IMG/VR virus record: IMGVR_UViG_3300047560_000081
Location: 1 to 24,617 of that record
Length of the DNA stretch: 24,617 bases
Source: a virus
Lineage: Duplodnaviria > Caudoviricetes
Direction: 5' to 3' (one strand)
Shown here piece by piece: positions 8,227 to 15,945 of this stretch. The number at the start of each line of letters is the position of its first letter. The stretch's first letter is position 1. The position numbers and the translations under genes are program-made. The notes under the pieces were generated by a model. That model did no database searches, was not told where the DNA came from, and saw only the letters and a program-made list of their open reading frames with translations.

Positions 8227-8661
8227 ATGGGATTCGCTACTCACCTTGGCCCATGGTTGTTGGGCACCGTTAAAGACACCACCGGCACTACCGCTGGCAC
8301 CGTTCGCAACACTGGCGCAACTATGGTTACGCAACAAGTTGCTTTGGTTGCTGGTTCTGCCGTGACCGTTATGCTCCCCGCTGGAGCAATCATCAGTGAT
8401 GTTAAGGCTTATATGACTACCGGCGCAGCTGGTACGCCTAACGTTACTGTTGGTGGAACGATTATTGGCACGCTGTCTACTGCTGCTGGTTTGAACTCTC
8501 TGGTTGTTACCGCTGCTAACGTTGGCACGATGGCTAACGTTGGTTCTACGGACGCCATTCTGAGCTTTACCGCCACCGCATCAACTGCTGGTGTGTTGAG
8601 CGTGACCTACACTGTTCGCGGTTCTGACGGCGTTGGCTATCCTGTTGGCAACCAGAACTAA
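8227..8661 (+). CDS. hypothetical virion structural protein
   Basis: 144 aa, Thr/Ala/Gly/Val-rich beta protein, SD AAAGGA. Confidence 0.8.
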   Translation: MGFATHLGPWLLGTVKDTTGTTAGTVRNTGATMVTQQVALVAGSAVTVMLPAGAIISDVKAYMTTGAAGTPNVTVGGTIIGTLSTAAGLNSLVVTAANVGTMANVGSTDAILSFTATASTAGVLSVTYTVRGSDGVGYPVGNQN

Positions 8662-8669
8662 TTAACCTT

Positions 8670-8690
8670 GGGGGCTACGGCCCCCGTTTA
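8670..8690 (+). terminator. GC hairpin, weak terminator or mRNA-stabilising stem
   Basis: GGGGGC-TACG-GCCCCC (cUACGg tetraloop), followed only by GTTTA. Confidence 0.5.
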
Positions 8691-8704
8691 ACAGGAGATT
8701 AGTT

Positions 8705-8995
8705 ATGATGCAGACGGATGTACAGTCAATCCATACTGGCGGAACACAAACTAACCAAGCCCTTATTTCTGGGCGTGTTCGCATCAAAGGCGTAGCCATT
8801 ACCGGCGGCGCTGGAGCTGGCACGGGTAAGTTTTTGAATGCGTCAGGCGGAACCGTATTGTTGGAATTGGACACCGGTTCAAACTCCAACATGACCAACG
8901 TTCTTCTCCCCGGAGAAGGAATTCTGTTCCCTAGTGGTGTTTGGTATACCTCTACCGGAACTGCTCCAATTGGAATCACGGTGTTTTATGGCTGA
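8705..8995 (+). CDS. hypothetical virion protein
   Basis: 96 aa, SD AGGAG. Ends LPGEGILF..ITVFYG. Confidence 0.8.
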   Translation: MMQTDVQSIHTGGTQTNQALISGRVRIKGVAITGGAGAGTGKFLNASGGTVLLELDTGSNSNMTNVLLPGEGILFPSGVWYTSTGTAPIGITVFYG

Positions 8996-9740
8996 AGAAA
9001 AACGTCCCATTGACCTTAAAGGTCTCAAGCTGATGATTGCCATTCCCGCATATGACGGGCGTGTAAACATCAAGACGGCTATTGCCATGACGCAACTAGC
9101 CGCAGAGACTTCAAAGTTCGGTGTGACGTTATATATCAGCCATATCTCTGGTTGTTCCTTGATCACCAAGGCACGCAATGCTTTGGTGGCAGATTTCTTA
9201 GAAACAGACGCAGATACCCTGCTGTTTGTTGATTCGGATGTGATCATCACCCCAGACGCAGTGTTGCGTCTTTTGGCTATCAGCCGGGACAAAGATATCA
9301 CCGCAGGCGTTTACCCTCGCCGTGGTGCAGATCGCAAGTTCTTTATGGATATCCACCTGGACGAAGACACCAATCAATTGGTGTTTGACGATAACGGGAT
9401 GCTCCAGATCCGCAGGATTGGTACAGGGTTCATGATGATTCAGCGCCATGTCTTAGAGACTATGGTTAAGAATCATCCAGAGTGGCGTTACATCAACGAT
9501 ACAAAGAATCGTGATGAATATGCCATCTTTGACTTTGGTGTTTACAACGGCAAGTATTACGGAGAAGACTACCTGTTCTGTGACCGTGCGACTGCTGAAG
9601 GATTCACTGTGTTTTTGGACCCGACTATCAGCTTGGCGCATGTAGGAACTGAAGAATTTGAACGCAACTTTGAGGAAGAAGCCTTGAAGCCGCTCATTGA
9701 CGAGTTCTGCACTCCCCAACTGAAGGTCGCATATGGCTAA
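8988..9740 (+). CDS. GT-A fold glycosyltransferase-like protein
   Basis: MIAIPAY strand, ARNALVADFL, DxD motif FVDSDV, IGTGFMMI, GEDYLFC and terminal HVG. Start reassigned to ATG8988, overlapping the upstream stop (250 aa). Confidence 0.8.
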   Translation: MAEEKRPIDLKGLKLMIAIPAYDGRVNIKTAIAMTQLAAETSKFGVTLYISHISGCSLITKARNALVADFLETDADTLLFVDSDVIITPDAVLRLLAISRDKDITAGVYPRRGADRKFFMDIHLDEDTNQLVFDDNGMLQIRRIGTGFMMIQRHVLETMVKNHPEWRYINDTKNRDEYAIFDFGVYNGKYYGEDYLFCDRATAEGFTVFLDPTISLAHVGTEEFERNFEEEALKPLIDEFCTPQLKVAYG

Positions 9741-10239
9741 CATGCGCACTCCAGAACGGTCTTACAAATTGCCTAATTGGGTTGGGCTTTGTATTTCTTG
9801 TAACCGTGGAAAAGATGAAGTGTCTTTTGGATCTGGTAGATCTGGAGAGTGCAACACATGTGCAAAACTTCGTTGGAATAAAGATAATCAAGTAAAGGTT
9901 AGAGCTCAGAGACTGCATGGTAATGCGCAAAAGAGAGCCAAAACAAATGGGTGGCCAGAGCCAGATTTTGATTCTTTATGGATTGAAGAAAAGATTTTGT
10001 CTGGTTTTTGCGAGGTAACTGGAATACCATTTGATTTGCATAATAAAACTTCAATGTCTGTTCATGCAAAAAATCCTTGGGTTCCTTCGCTTGATCGAAT
10101 TGATAGTCAAAAGCCATATGTTAAAGATAATGTTCAACTGGTTGTTTACATGTACAACGTATGCAAGGCAGAATTCAACCATGCAGATGTTGTGAAATTT
10201 TGTAAATCCGTATCCGCAATGGAGGCAGAAATTGCCTAA
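9733..10239 (+). CDS. HNH/His-Me-finger homing endonuclease-like protein
   Basis: N-terminal CxxC..CxxC, CEVTG, and PSLDRIDSQKPYVKDNVQLVVYMYNVCK (beta-beta-alpha-Me-like). Visibly more AT-rich than its neighbours. Confidence 0.7.
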   Translation: MANMRTPERSYKLPNWVGLCISCNRGKDEVSFGSGRSGECNTCAKLRWNKDNQVKVRAQRLHGNAQKRAKTNGWPEPDFDSLWIEEKILSGFCEVTGIPFDLHNKTSMSVHAKNPWVPSLDRIDSQKPYVKDNVQLVVYMYNVCKAEFNHADVVKFCKSVSAMEAEIA

Positions 10240-10483
10240 ATTTAAGACAGAAGCATGGCAACGATCAGAAGGCAAGAATCCGAATGGTGGCCTCAACGCC
10301 AAGGGTCGCGCCTCTGCCAAAAAACAGGGTATGAACTTGAAACCTCCCCAGCCGGAAGGCGGCAAACGCCGCGACTCTTTCTGCGCTCGTATGGAGGGGA
10401 TGAAGAAGAAACTAACCTCCGAGAAGACGGCCAAAGACCCGAACTCACGGATCAATAAAAGCCTGAAGGCATGGAACTGCTGA
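10232..10483 (+). CDS. small basic conserved phage protein
   Basis: TTG start with GGAGG (10221-10225) 6 nt upstream. AWQRSEGKNPNGGLNAKGRAS..SFCARM..SRINKSLKAWNC. Confidence 0.8.
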   Translation: MPKFKTEAWQRSEGKNPNGGLNAKGRASAKKQGMNLKPPQPEGGKRRDSFCARMEGMKKKLTSEKTAKDPNSRINKSLKAWNC

Positions 10484-10484
10484 C

Positions 10485-10733
10485 ATGGAAATGATGCTGT
10501 GGAACGCCTTGCTGACTACATTGCTCGGGTTGCTAGGTTGGAATCTGAAGGAGAAATCGGAAGAAATCTCCCGCCTTCAGATCCTCCTGAACCGGACAAG
10601 GGAAGAGGTTGCCAAGGAATATGTAACAAAGGTGGATGTCCATCACGACATCAACCGTGTTCTGGACCGGATCGATCGTCTGGAAACCAAGATTGATGCA
10701 TTTATTAGGGAGCAGAAAAGTGCCCTCAACTAG
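10485..10733 (+). CDS. small membrane-anchored coiled-coil protein
   Basis: Hydrophobic N-terminus (LWNALLTTLLGLLGW) followed by a heptad coiled coil. 82 aa. Confidence 0.75.
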   Translation: MEMMLWNALLTTLLGLLGWNLKEKSEEISRLQILLNRTREEVAKEYVTKVDVHHDINRVLDRIDRLETKIDAFIREQKSALN

Positions 10734-11025
10734 CAAAAAACAACATAACTTCATGGAAGCCGTGGCCCATAGTCCGGCATTTGCGAAGAAGGCAGGCGTC
10801 CCACAGTCCGTGGGGCAAGAGTTCAGCAAGGCGGACAAAGGCCGCAAATTCTCAAAAGGTGGTGTAACTATGGCTACAGAAAAGAAAGTCGCAACGACTC
10901 CCATGGGCAAGGTGAAGACGGCTGCTCCCAGCCGCGACGGCGTTGCTCAACAGGGCAAAACCAAGGGCAAAGTCATCAAGATGGCTGGCTCGACCAAAGG
11001 CATGAAGCGCGGCGGCAAGTGCTGA
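10720..11025 (+). CDS. small Lys-rich protein
   Basis: In frame with track ORF 10636..11025. The likely start is GTG10720 (GGGAG upstream), giving MPSTSKKQHNFM..FSKGG..MKRGGKC. Confidence 0.75.
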   Translation: MPSTSKKQHNFMEAVAHSPAFAKKAGVPQSVGQEFSKADKGRKFSKGGVTMATEKKVATTPMGKVKTAAPSRDGVAQQGKTKGKVIKMAGSTKGMKRGGKC

Positions 11026-11040
11026 TCTAAGGAGTCGACT

Positions 11041-11280
11041 ATGTACGACGAAGAACTGGAAAAGAAGAAAACCAAAGGCGATTCCGTCTGGACGGAAGAC
11101 TCTGGTATTCCTGTGCCCCAAGAACCTGATGGCGGCATCCTGAAGCCTAAGAAGCCTGTCAAGAAGGCTGCTGGAGGCTCTATTAGCTCTGCCTCCAAAC
11201 GCGCAGATGGCATTGCCCAGCGTGGTAAGACCCGTGGCACGATGATCATGTGCGGCGGCGGCTACACCAAGGGGAAGTGA
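11041..11280 (+). CDS. small hypothetical protein with basic C-terminal half
   Basis: SD TAAGGAG. KKAAGGSISSASKRADGIAQRGKTRG resembles SRDGVAQQGKTKG in the preceding ORF. Confidence 0.75.
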   Translation: MYDEELEKKKTKGDSVWTEDSGIPVPQEPDGGILKPKKPVKKAAGGSISSASKRADGIAQRGKTRGTMIMCGGGYTKGK

Positions 11281-11281
11281 C

Positions 11282-11536
11282 ATGATGGCAAGCCGTGGAA
11301 TGGGGGCCATTGCCCCCAGCAAAATGCCGTCCGGTGTGCGCAAAGCCCGCCGGGATGATACCGACTTCACGCAGTATGCAGAAGGCGGTGAGGTATGGAG
11401 CAAGCCACGGCCTGAGAGCCTGGGCGCTCCTAAGAGCCTTTCTTCAAAGAAGAAGGCCAAGGCCAAAGCCAGGGCTAAGGCTGCTGGACGGCCTTATCCC
11501 AACCTGATCGACAACATGAATGCAGCTAAGGGGTGA
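11282..11536 (+). CDS. small basic protein
   Basis: Starts 1 nt after the previous stop. MMASRGMGAI..YAEGG..KKKAKAKARAKAAGRPYPNLIDNM. Confidence 0.75.
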   Translation: MMASRGMGAIAPSKMPSGVRKARRDDTDFTQYAEGGEVWSKPRPESLGAPKSLSSKKKAKAKARAKAAGRPYPNLIDNMNAAKG

Positions 11537-11538
11537 TC

Positions 11539-11712
11539 ATGGCTGAAAAATGGATCCAGAAGGCTATCAAGAAGCCTGGTGCTCTGCGCAAAGAACTTGG
11601 CGTTAAGGAAGGCAAAACCATCCCGGCCAAGAAACTAGCTGCTGCGGCCAAGAAGCCTGGCAAGATGGGCCAACGCGCTCGTTTGGCTGAAACCCTCAAA
11701 GGGATGAAGTAA
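11539..11712 (+). CDS. 57-aa Lys/Ala-rich protein (missing from the ORF track)
   Basis: Manual translation: MAEKWIQKAIKKPGALRKELGVKEGKTIPAKKLAAAAKKPGKMGQRARLAETLKGMK. It fills the gap exactly, with 2-nt spacers each side and SD AAGGGG. Confidence 0.8.
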   Translation: MAEKWIQKAIKKPGALRKELGVKEGKTIPAKKLAAAAKKPGKMGQRARLAETLKGMK

Positions 11713-11714
11713 TC

Positions 11715-12428
11715 ATGGCAGTAACCGGCACAACCGATTTCAACCTGGAGTTCACTGAGCTTGCGGAAGAGGCGTGGGAGCGTGCCGGTCGTGAGATGCG
11801 TTCGGGCTACGACCTACGTACAGCCAGACGCTCCATGAACCTGATGACCATCGAATGGCAGAACCGTGGCATCAACATGTGGACCATCGATGAGGGGTAT
11901 GTAAACCTCGTCCAGGGACAGTCCACCTATGATCTTCCGGCAGATACCATCGATCTGTTGGAGCATGTTGTCCGCACGGGGCAGGGAGAAGTCTCTACGC
12001 AGGCTGATCTAACGATCACCCGTATTAGTGTTTCTACCTATGCCACCATCCCAAATAAGCTCTCTCAGGCCCGTCCTATCCAGGTTTGGGTACAGCGTCT
12101 AAGGGATAACCCTAAGATCACGGTATGGCCTATTCCTGACCAAGGAACAGAAGAAAACCCATATTACATCTTCCGTTACTGGAGACTGCGTCGTATTGAT
12201 GATGCCGGATCTGGTGTGGAGACTCAGGACGTTAACTTCCGCTTCTACCCTGCCATGGCTGCAGGGTTGGCGTATCACATTGCCATGAAGGTTCCTGAGC
12301 TGGCTCCCCGGGTGGAGATGCTCAAGGCTTCCTATGATGAACAATTTGCCCTTGCTGCTGGTGAAGACCGAGAGAAGGCATCTGATCGTTATGTGCCTCG
12401 TCCCCAATTCATTGGGAGCAGCTACTAA
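11715..12428 (+). CDS. putative head-tail connector/adaptor protein
   Basis: 237 aa: helical N-terminus (ARRSMNLMTIEW), beta middle (ITVWPIPD), helical C-terminus (AGLAYHIA). This layout resembles podovirus adaptor proteins. Confidence 0.6.
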   Translation: MAVTGTTDFNLEFTELAEEAWERAGREMRSGYDLRTARRSMNLMTIEWQNRGINMWTIDEGYVNLVQGQSTYDLPADTIDLLEHVVRTGQGEVSTQADLTITRISVSTYATIPNKLSQARPIQVWVQRLRDNPKITVWPIPDQGTEENPYYIFRYWRLRRIDDAGSGVETQDVNFRFYPAMAAGLAYHIAMKVPELAPRVEMLKASYDEQFALAAGEDREKASDRYVPRPQFIGSSY

Positions 12429-13696
12429 TGCCTAATCGGTTTGCAAATGGTGTCCGTGCGATTGCCATGTGCGACCGTTGCGGGCAGCAGTTTAAACTGA
12501 AGAACCTCAGAACGGAGATCATCAAGCAGCGCAAGTATGAGCTGTTGGTGTGTCCTCAGTGCTGGGATCCTGACCAGCCGCAGTTGATGCTGGGGACATT
12601 CCCTGTCGAAGACCCGCAGGCTCTGCGTAATCCCCGTAAAGACAACACATATTTGACCGCAGGAACCAACGGCCTGCAGGACAATTTAAGTGGTTTTGCA
12701 GGGTATCCCACCGGAGGATCCCGGGATATCCAGTGGGGCTGGAATCCGGTAGGCGGCTCAAGACTGTACGACGCAGTCATGACCCCCAATTACCTGGTGG
12801 CAACCACCTATGTCGGAACGGCTACAGCAGGTCTGGATGTTGCTGTTGGGCCACAGTTGGGCGGTGTTTCTGCTACAGGGTCGGTGGGAAATGCCCTTGG
12901 CCCTTTGGCTGTGACTGGAGTTTCCGCAACAGGCGCTGTCGGATCAATACAACGGGAAGGAGCCATCCCTACTGGGGTTTCTTCTACAGCCGCTGTTGGA
13001 TCTATGGGCGATGCCATAACTATGGCCGTTCTTTGTCCTTCACAGTCAATCCAGTTCCAAGGGTCGGTTAACGGCTACAAAATGGATGTTTACAGCTCCA
13101 CGGCCTTGGGCAACTGGATCGCCACTTATACCGGCCCCAATTTTGATCATTCCTACATGTTTGCCGATATTGGCGGCGGACCGTATGTTGGCTTAGGGTA
13201 TTTAGGGCAGTTCCAGCTACAGCCTGGGCCGGGTTCTTCCTATTACTGGGAGGCATTTATTGGCTCCGCAACGCCGAGCAACTTCCCTGGGCTGGGTATC
13301 TACACCATTAACAATTTTGTCGTTGCCGCGCAGTTCTATATTTCAGGCAATACGGCCAACCAATATGCCTCGTATTCCGAAGTTGGTGGCGTAGCGACAT
13401 TTACCTGGACCGGTGATGCAGCGCTGCAAATGCGCGATACCTATGGTGTGTACCCGTCGTTGCCAGTTGGGACGGAAATCAGCTCAGAGATCCTCTACTA
13501 CAGTGGCTACAACTGGTTCCCGTCACGCCTCTACCTTGGCACCCTGTTGAGTATGGGGTACAGTTCTGGTACATTCACAATGACGTACACAGTGGCTAAC
13601 TCATTTGTGCCGTATCCAGGTGGCACGCCTTCCGCCGGAATGATGTATTTCCAGACTTACGGAATTACATTCCTACCAATGGTAATCAACGTTTGA
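12428..13696 (+). CDS. Zn-ribbon protein fused to GVSATG repeats and an aromatic-rich C-terminal domain
   Basis: CDRC..CPQC near the N-terminus, three GVSATGxVG-like repeats, then about 220 aa rich in Tyr/Phe/Gly/Thr. TAATG overlap with the upstream gene. Confidence 0.75.
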   Translation: MPNRFANGVRAIAMCDRCGQQFKLKNLRTEIIKQRKYELLVCPQCWDPDQPQLMLGTFPVEDPQALRNPRKDNTYLTAGTNGLQDNLSGFAGYPTGGSRDIQWGWNPVGGSRLYDAVMTPNYLVATTYVGTATAGLDVAVGPQLGGVSATGSVGNALGPLAVTGVSATGAVGSIQREGAIPTGVSSTAAVGSMGDAITMAVLCPSQSIQFQGSVNGYKMDVYSSTALGNWIATYTGPNFDHSYMFADIGGGPYVGLGYLGQFQLQPGPGSSYYWEAFIGSATPSNFPGLGIYTINNFVVAAQFYISGNTANQYASYSEVGGVATFTWTGDAALQMRDTYGVYPSLPVGTEISSEILYYSGYNWFPSRLYLGTLLSMGYSSGTFTMTYTVANSFVPYPGGTPSAGMMYFQTYGITFLPMVINV

Positions 13697-13707
13697 AAGG
13701 ATCCATC

Positions 13708-13893
13708 ATGGACAAAGAAGACCTGAAACAAGACAAAGCTCTTATCAAAAAAGCGTTTAAACAGCATGACGCTCAAGAGCACAAAGGCGGCAAGGGTACG
13801 ACCCTGAAGCTGAAGAAAGGCGGTCCTACCTCTATGGATCGTAAACGCTTGGGCCGCAACCTGTCCCGCGCAATGAACCAACGTGGAGGCTAA
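13708..13893 (+). CDS. small basic protein
   Basis: ATG13708 with SD AAAGGA. HKGG, LKKGG and terminal QRGG. Confidence 0.75.
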   Translation: MDKEDLKQDKALIKKAFKQHDAQEHKGGKGTTLKLKKGGPTSMDRKRLGRNLSRAMNQRGG

Positions 13894-13894
13894 T

Positions 13895-14161
13895 ATGGCC
13901 AAGTTTAGTCAAAAACTGATGGGCAAAGAAGTCGGCTCAGCCGCTGTCTATGCCAAGCCCCACACCATGGATGGCAAAGAAGTCAAGGCTTCTACCAATC
14001 CTGGCAAGGAACCCAATCGCAGCAAACTGGACACGTATGATGTGTCTGTTGGCGGCATTAGTAAATCTGCCGGTAATGAGCCTACCAAGACCAGCGGTAT
14101 TAAAATGCGTGGTGCTGGCGCGGCTACCAAAGGTGTGATGGCCCGGGGTCCGATGGCTTGA
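13895..14161 (+). CDS. small basic protein
   Basis: ATG13895 with GGAGG upstream. Ends KTSGIKMRGAGAATKGVMARGPMA. Confidence 0.75.
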   Translation: MAKFSQKLMGKEVGSAAVYAKPHTMDGKEVKASTNPGKEPNRSKLDTYDVSVGGISKSAGNEPTKTSGIKMRGAGAATKGVMARGPMA

Positions 14162-14168
14162 GGTTACC

Positions 14169-14834
14169 ATGACGTACAACGAACTCGTCACTGCTGTTCA
14201 AGACTACTGTGAGAATAACTTTCCCACAGCGGACATGAACATCATGATCCGGCAGGCTGAACAGAATATTTATAACTCTGTTCAGATTGCAAACCTGCGG
14301 AAGAACATGACGGCATATCTGCATGCTGGTAATCAGTATCTGTCTGCGCCGGACGATTTCTTGTCTACGTATTCTTTGGCTGTTATCGATTCGGATGGCG
14401 AATATCACTACTTGTTAAACAAGGACGTGAACTTCATCCGCGAAGCATATCCAAAGACTTCGGCTGCATTTCGAGGCATGCCTAAGAACTATGCCATTTT
14501 TGGGCCCACTGTTTCTGGTTCAGCCATTACGAATGAACTCTCATTCATTGTTGGCCCAACGCCGGACCAGGAATATGAAGTCGAGCTGCACTTCTATTAC
14601 TATCCTGAGTCAATCGTCACCGCAGGTTCTACCTGGCTTGGCGATAACTTTGACTCCGCCCTGTTTAATGGAACCATGATGGAAGCCATTACATACATGA
14701 AGGGCGAAGCAGATATGGTCAGCTTGTACCAGAATCGGTACATCCAAGCCATTGCTCTGCTGAAGAACCTGGGTGATGGTAAACAGCGTATGGACGCATA
14801 CCGCGACGGCCAAGTTAGGAACCCCGTCAAATGA
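14169..14834 (+). CDS. putative head-tail adaptor / tail tubular-type protein
   Basis: 221 aa, MTYNELVTAVQDY start, VGPTPD..YEVELHFY and TWLGDN. SD GAGGT. Confidence 0.6.
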   Translation: MTYNELVTAVQDYCENNFPTADMNIMIRQAEQNIYNSVQIANLRKNMTAYLHAGNQYLSAPDDFLSTYSLAVIDSDGEYHYLLNKDVNFIREAYPKTSAAFRGMPKNYAIFGPTVSGSAITNELSFIVGPTPDQEYEVELHFYYYPESIVTAGSTWLGDNFDSALFNGTMMEAITYMKGEADMVSLYQNRYIQAIALLKNLGDGKQRMDAYRDGQVRNPVK

Positions 14835-15250
14835 GCATTGTCCAGACCCAGACGACCAGCTTCAAGAAAGAGCTGTATCAAGGCATTCACGACCTAGAAA
14901 CAGACGTGATCAAGATTGCCTTGTACACGGGCAATGCAAATTTAAACGCAGATACCACGGCGTACACCTCTGAAAATGAGATCTCAGCGACTGGTTATAC
15001 GGCTGGTGGTAAGGTTATGGCCGGTGCCACGGTTCAGTCTTCTGGATATACGGCATATGTCAACTTTGATAATGTTGTCTGGTATCCAGGAGCATTTACT
15101 GTTCGATGTGCGTTGATATACAACAGCAGTAAATCCAATCGTTCAGTTGCCGTTTTAGATTTTGGATCGGATAAAACATCCGTTCAAAACTTTACAGTTG
15201 TTATGCCGACCAATTCACCAACCGAGGCTTTAATTCGTTCTTCAATCTAA
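14831..15250 (+). CDS. virion structural protein (paralogue A)
   Basis: TSFKKEL..H, KIALY, YTAGG, LIYNS, LDFG, ALIR. ATGA overlap. Confidence 0.8.
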   Translation: MSIVQTQTTSFKKELYQGIHDLETDVIKIALYTGNANLNADTTAYTSENEISATGYTAGGKVMAGATVQSSGYTAYVNFDNVVWYPGAFTVRCALIYNSSKSNRSVAVLDFGSDKTSVQNFTVVMPTNSPTEALIRSSI

Positions 15251-15259
15251 GGAGTAGAT

Positions 15260-15454
15260 ATGGCGCTAGTAAATACAACCAAAGGCGAAATGGATGAGTC
15301 TCTTCTTGAAAAGAAAGAGGGACTCATCGATAATGAGGATGAAGAAACCCGTTGGGTTGAATATTGGTTGGATGGCGAACTTGTCCACCGTTCGGTACAT
15401 GTTCATTTGAAGAAAAACGTCCTTGCTGATGGCATGGCCGCTACGTTTGGTTGA
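15260..15454 (+). CDS. small acidic hypothetical protein
   Basis: SD TAAGGAG. WVEYWLDGELVHRSVHV. Confidence 0.75.
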   Translation: MALVNTTKGEMDESLLEKKEGLIDNEDEETRWVEYWLDGELVHRSVHVHLKKNVLADGMAATFG

Positions 15455-15465
15455 AAGGATAAATC

Positions 15466-15921
15466 ATGGCAAACACCCAGGCAATGTGCACTTCGTTCAA
15501 GGGCGAGCTGCTGACTGCTACCCACAACTTCGGTACCGCACCGATCCGCGCAGCTTCTACCGCTGACACGTTTAAAGCTGCTCTGTATCTGGCTTCTGCC
15601 ACGATCGACGCATCCACCACGGCCTACACGGCTACGGGTGAAGTGTCTGGTACGAACTACACCGCAGGTGGTGTGACGGTTCTGAACTCGGTTGCTCCCA
15701 CGACGAGCGGCACGACCGGTTACTGGACCCCCTCGTCCAGTATCGTTTACACCAACGTGACCCTGACCACGGCTTTTGACTGCGTGCTGATCTATAACAG
15801 CACCCAAAGCAACAAGTCTGTCAGCGTCCATACGTTCGGTTCGCAGACGATTACGGCTGGCACCTTCACGCTGACGATGCCTGCTAACACCAGCACGACC
15901 GCGCTGATCCGCTTGGCGTAA
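15466..15921 (+). CDS. virion structural protein (paralogue B of 14831..15250)
   Basis: TSFKGEL..H, KAALY, YTAGG, LIYNS, HTFG, ALIR. SD AAAGGA. Confidence 0.8.
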   Translation: MANTQAMCTSFKGELLTATHNFGTAPIRAASTADTFKAALYLASATIDASTTAYTATGEVSGTNYTAGGVTVLNSVAPTTSGTTGYWTPSSSIVYTNVTLTTAFDCVLIYNSTQSNKSVSVHTFGSQTITAGTFTLTMPANTSTTALIRLA

Positions 15922-15945
15922 GCCTCCCCGTTTTAGGGGAGCGCC

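Noticed and set aside
10485-10733. Holin call
   Set aside because: Only one short hydrophobic segment and no adjacent endolysin, so it is left as a membrane-anchored coiled-coil protein.
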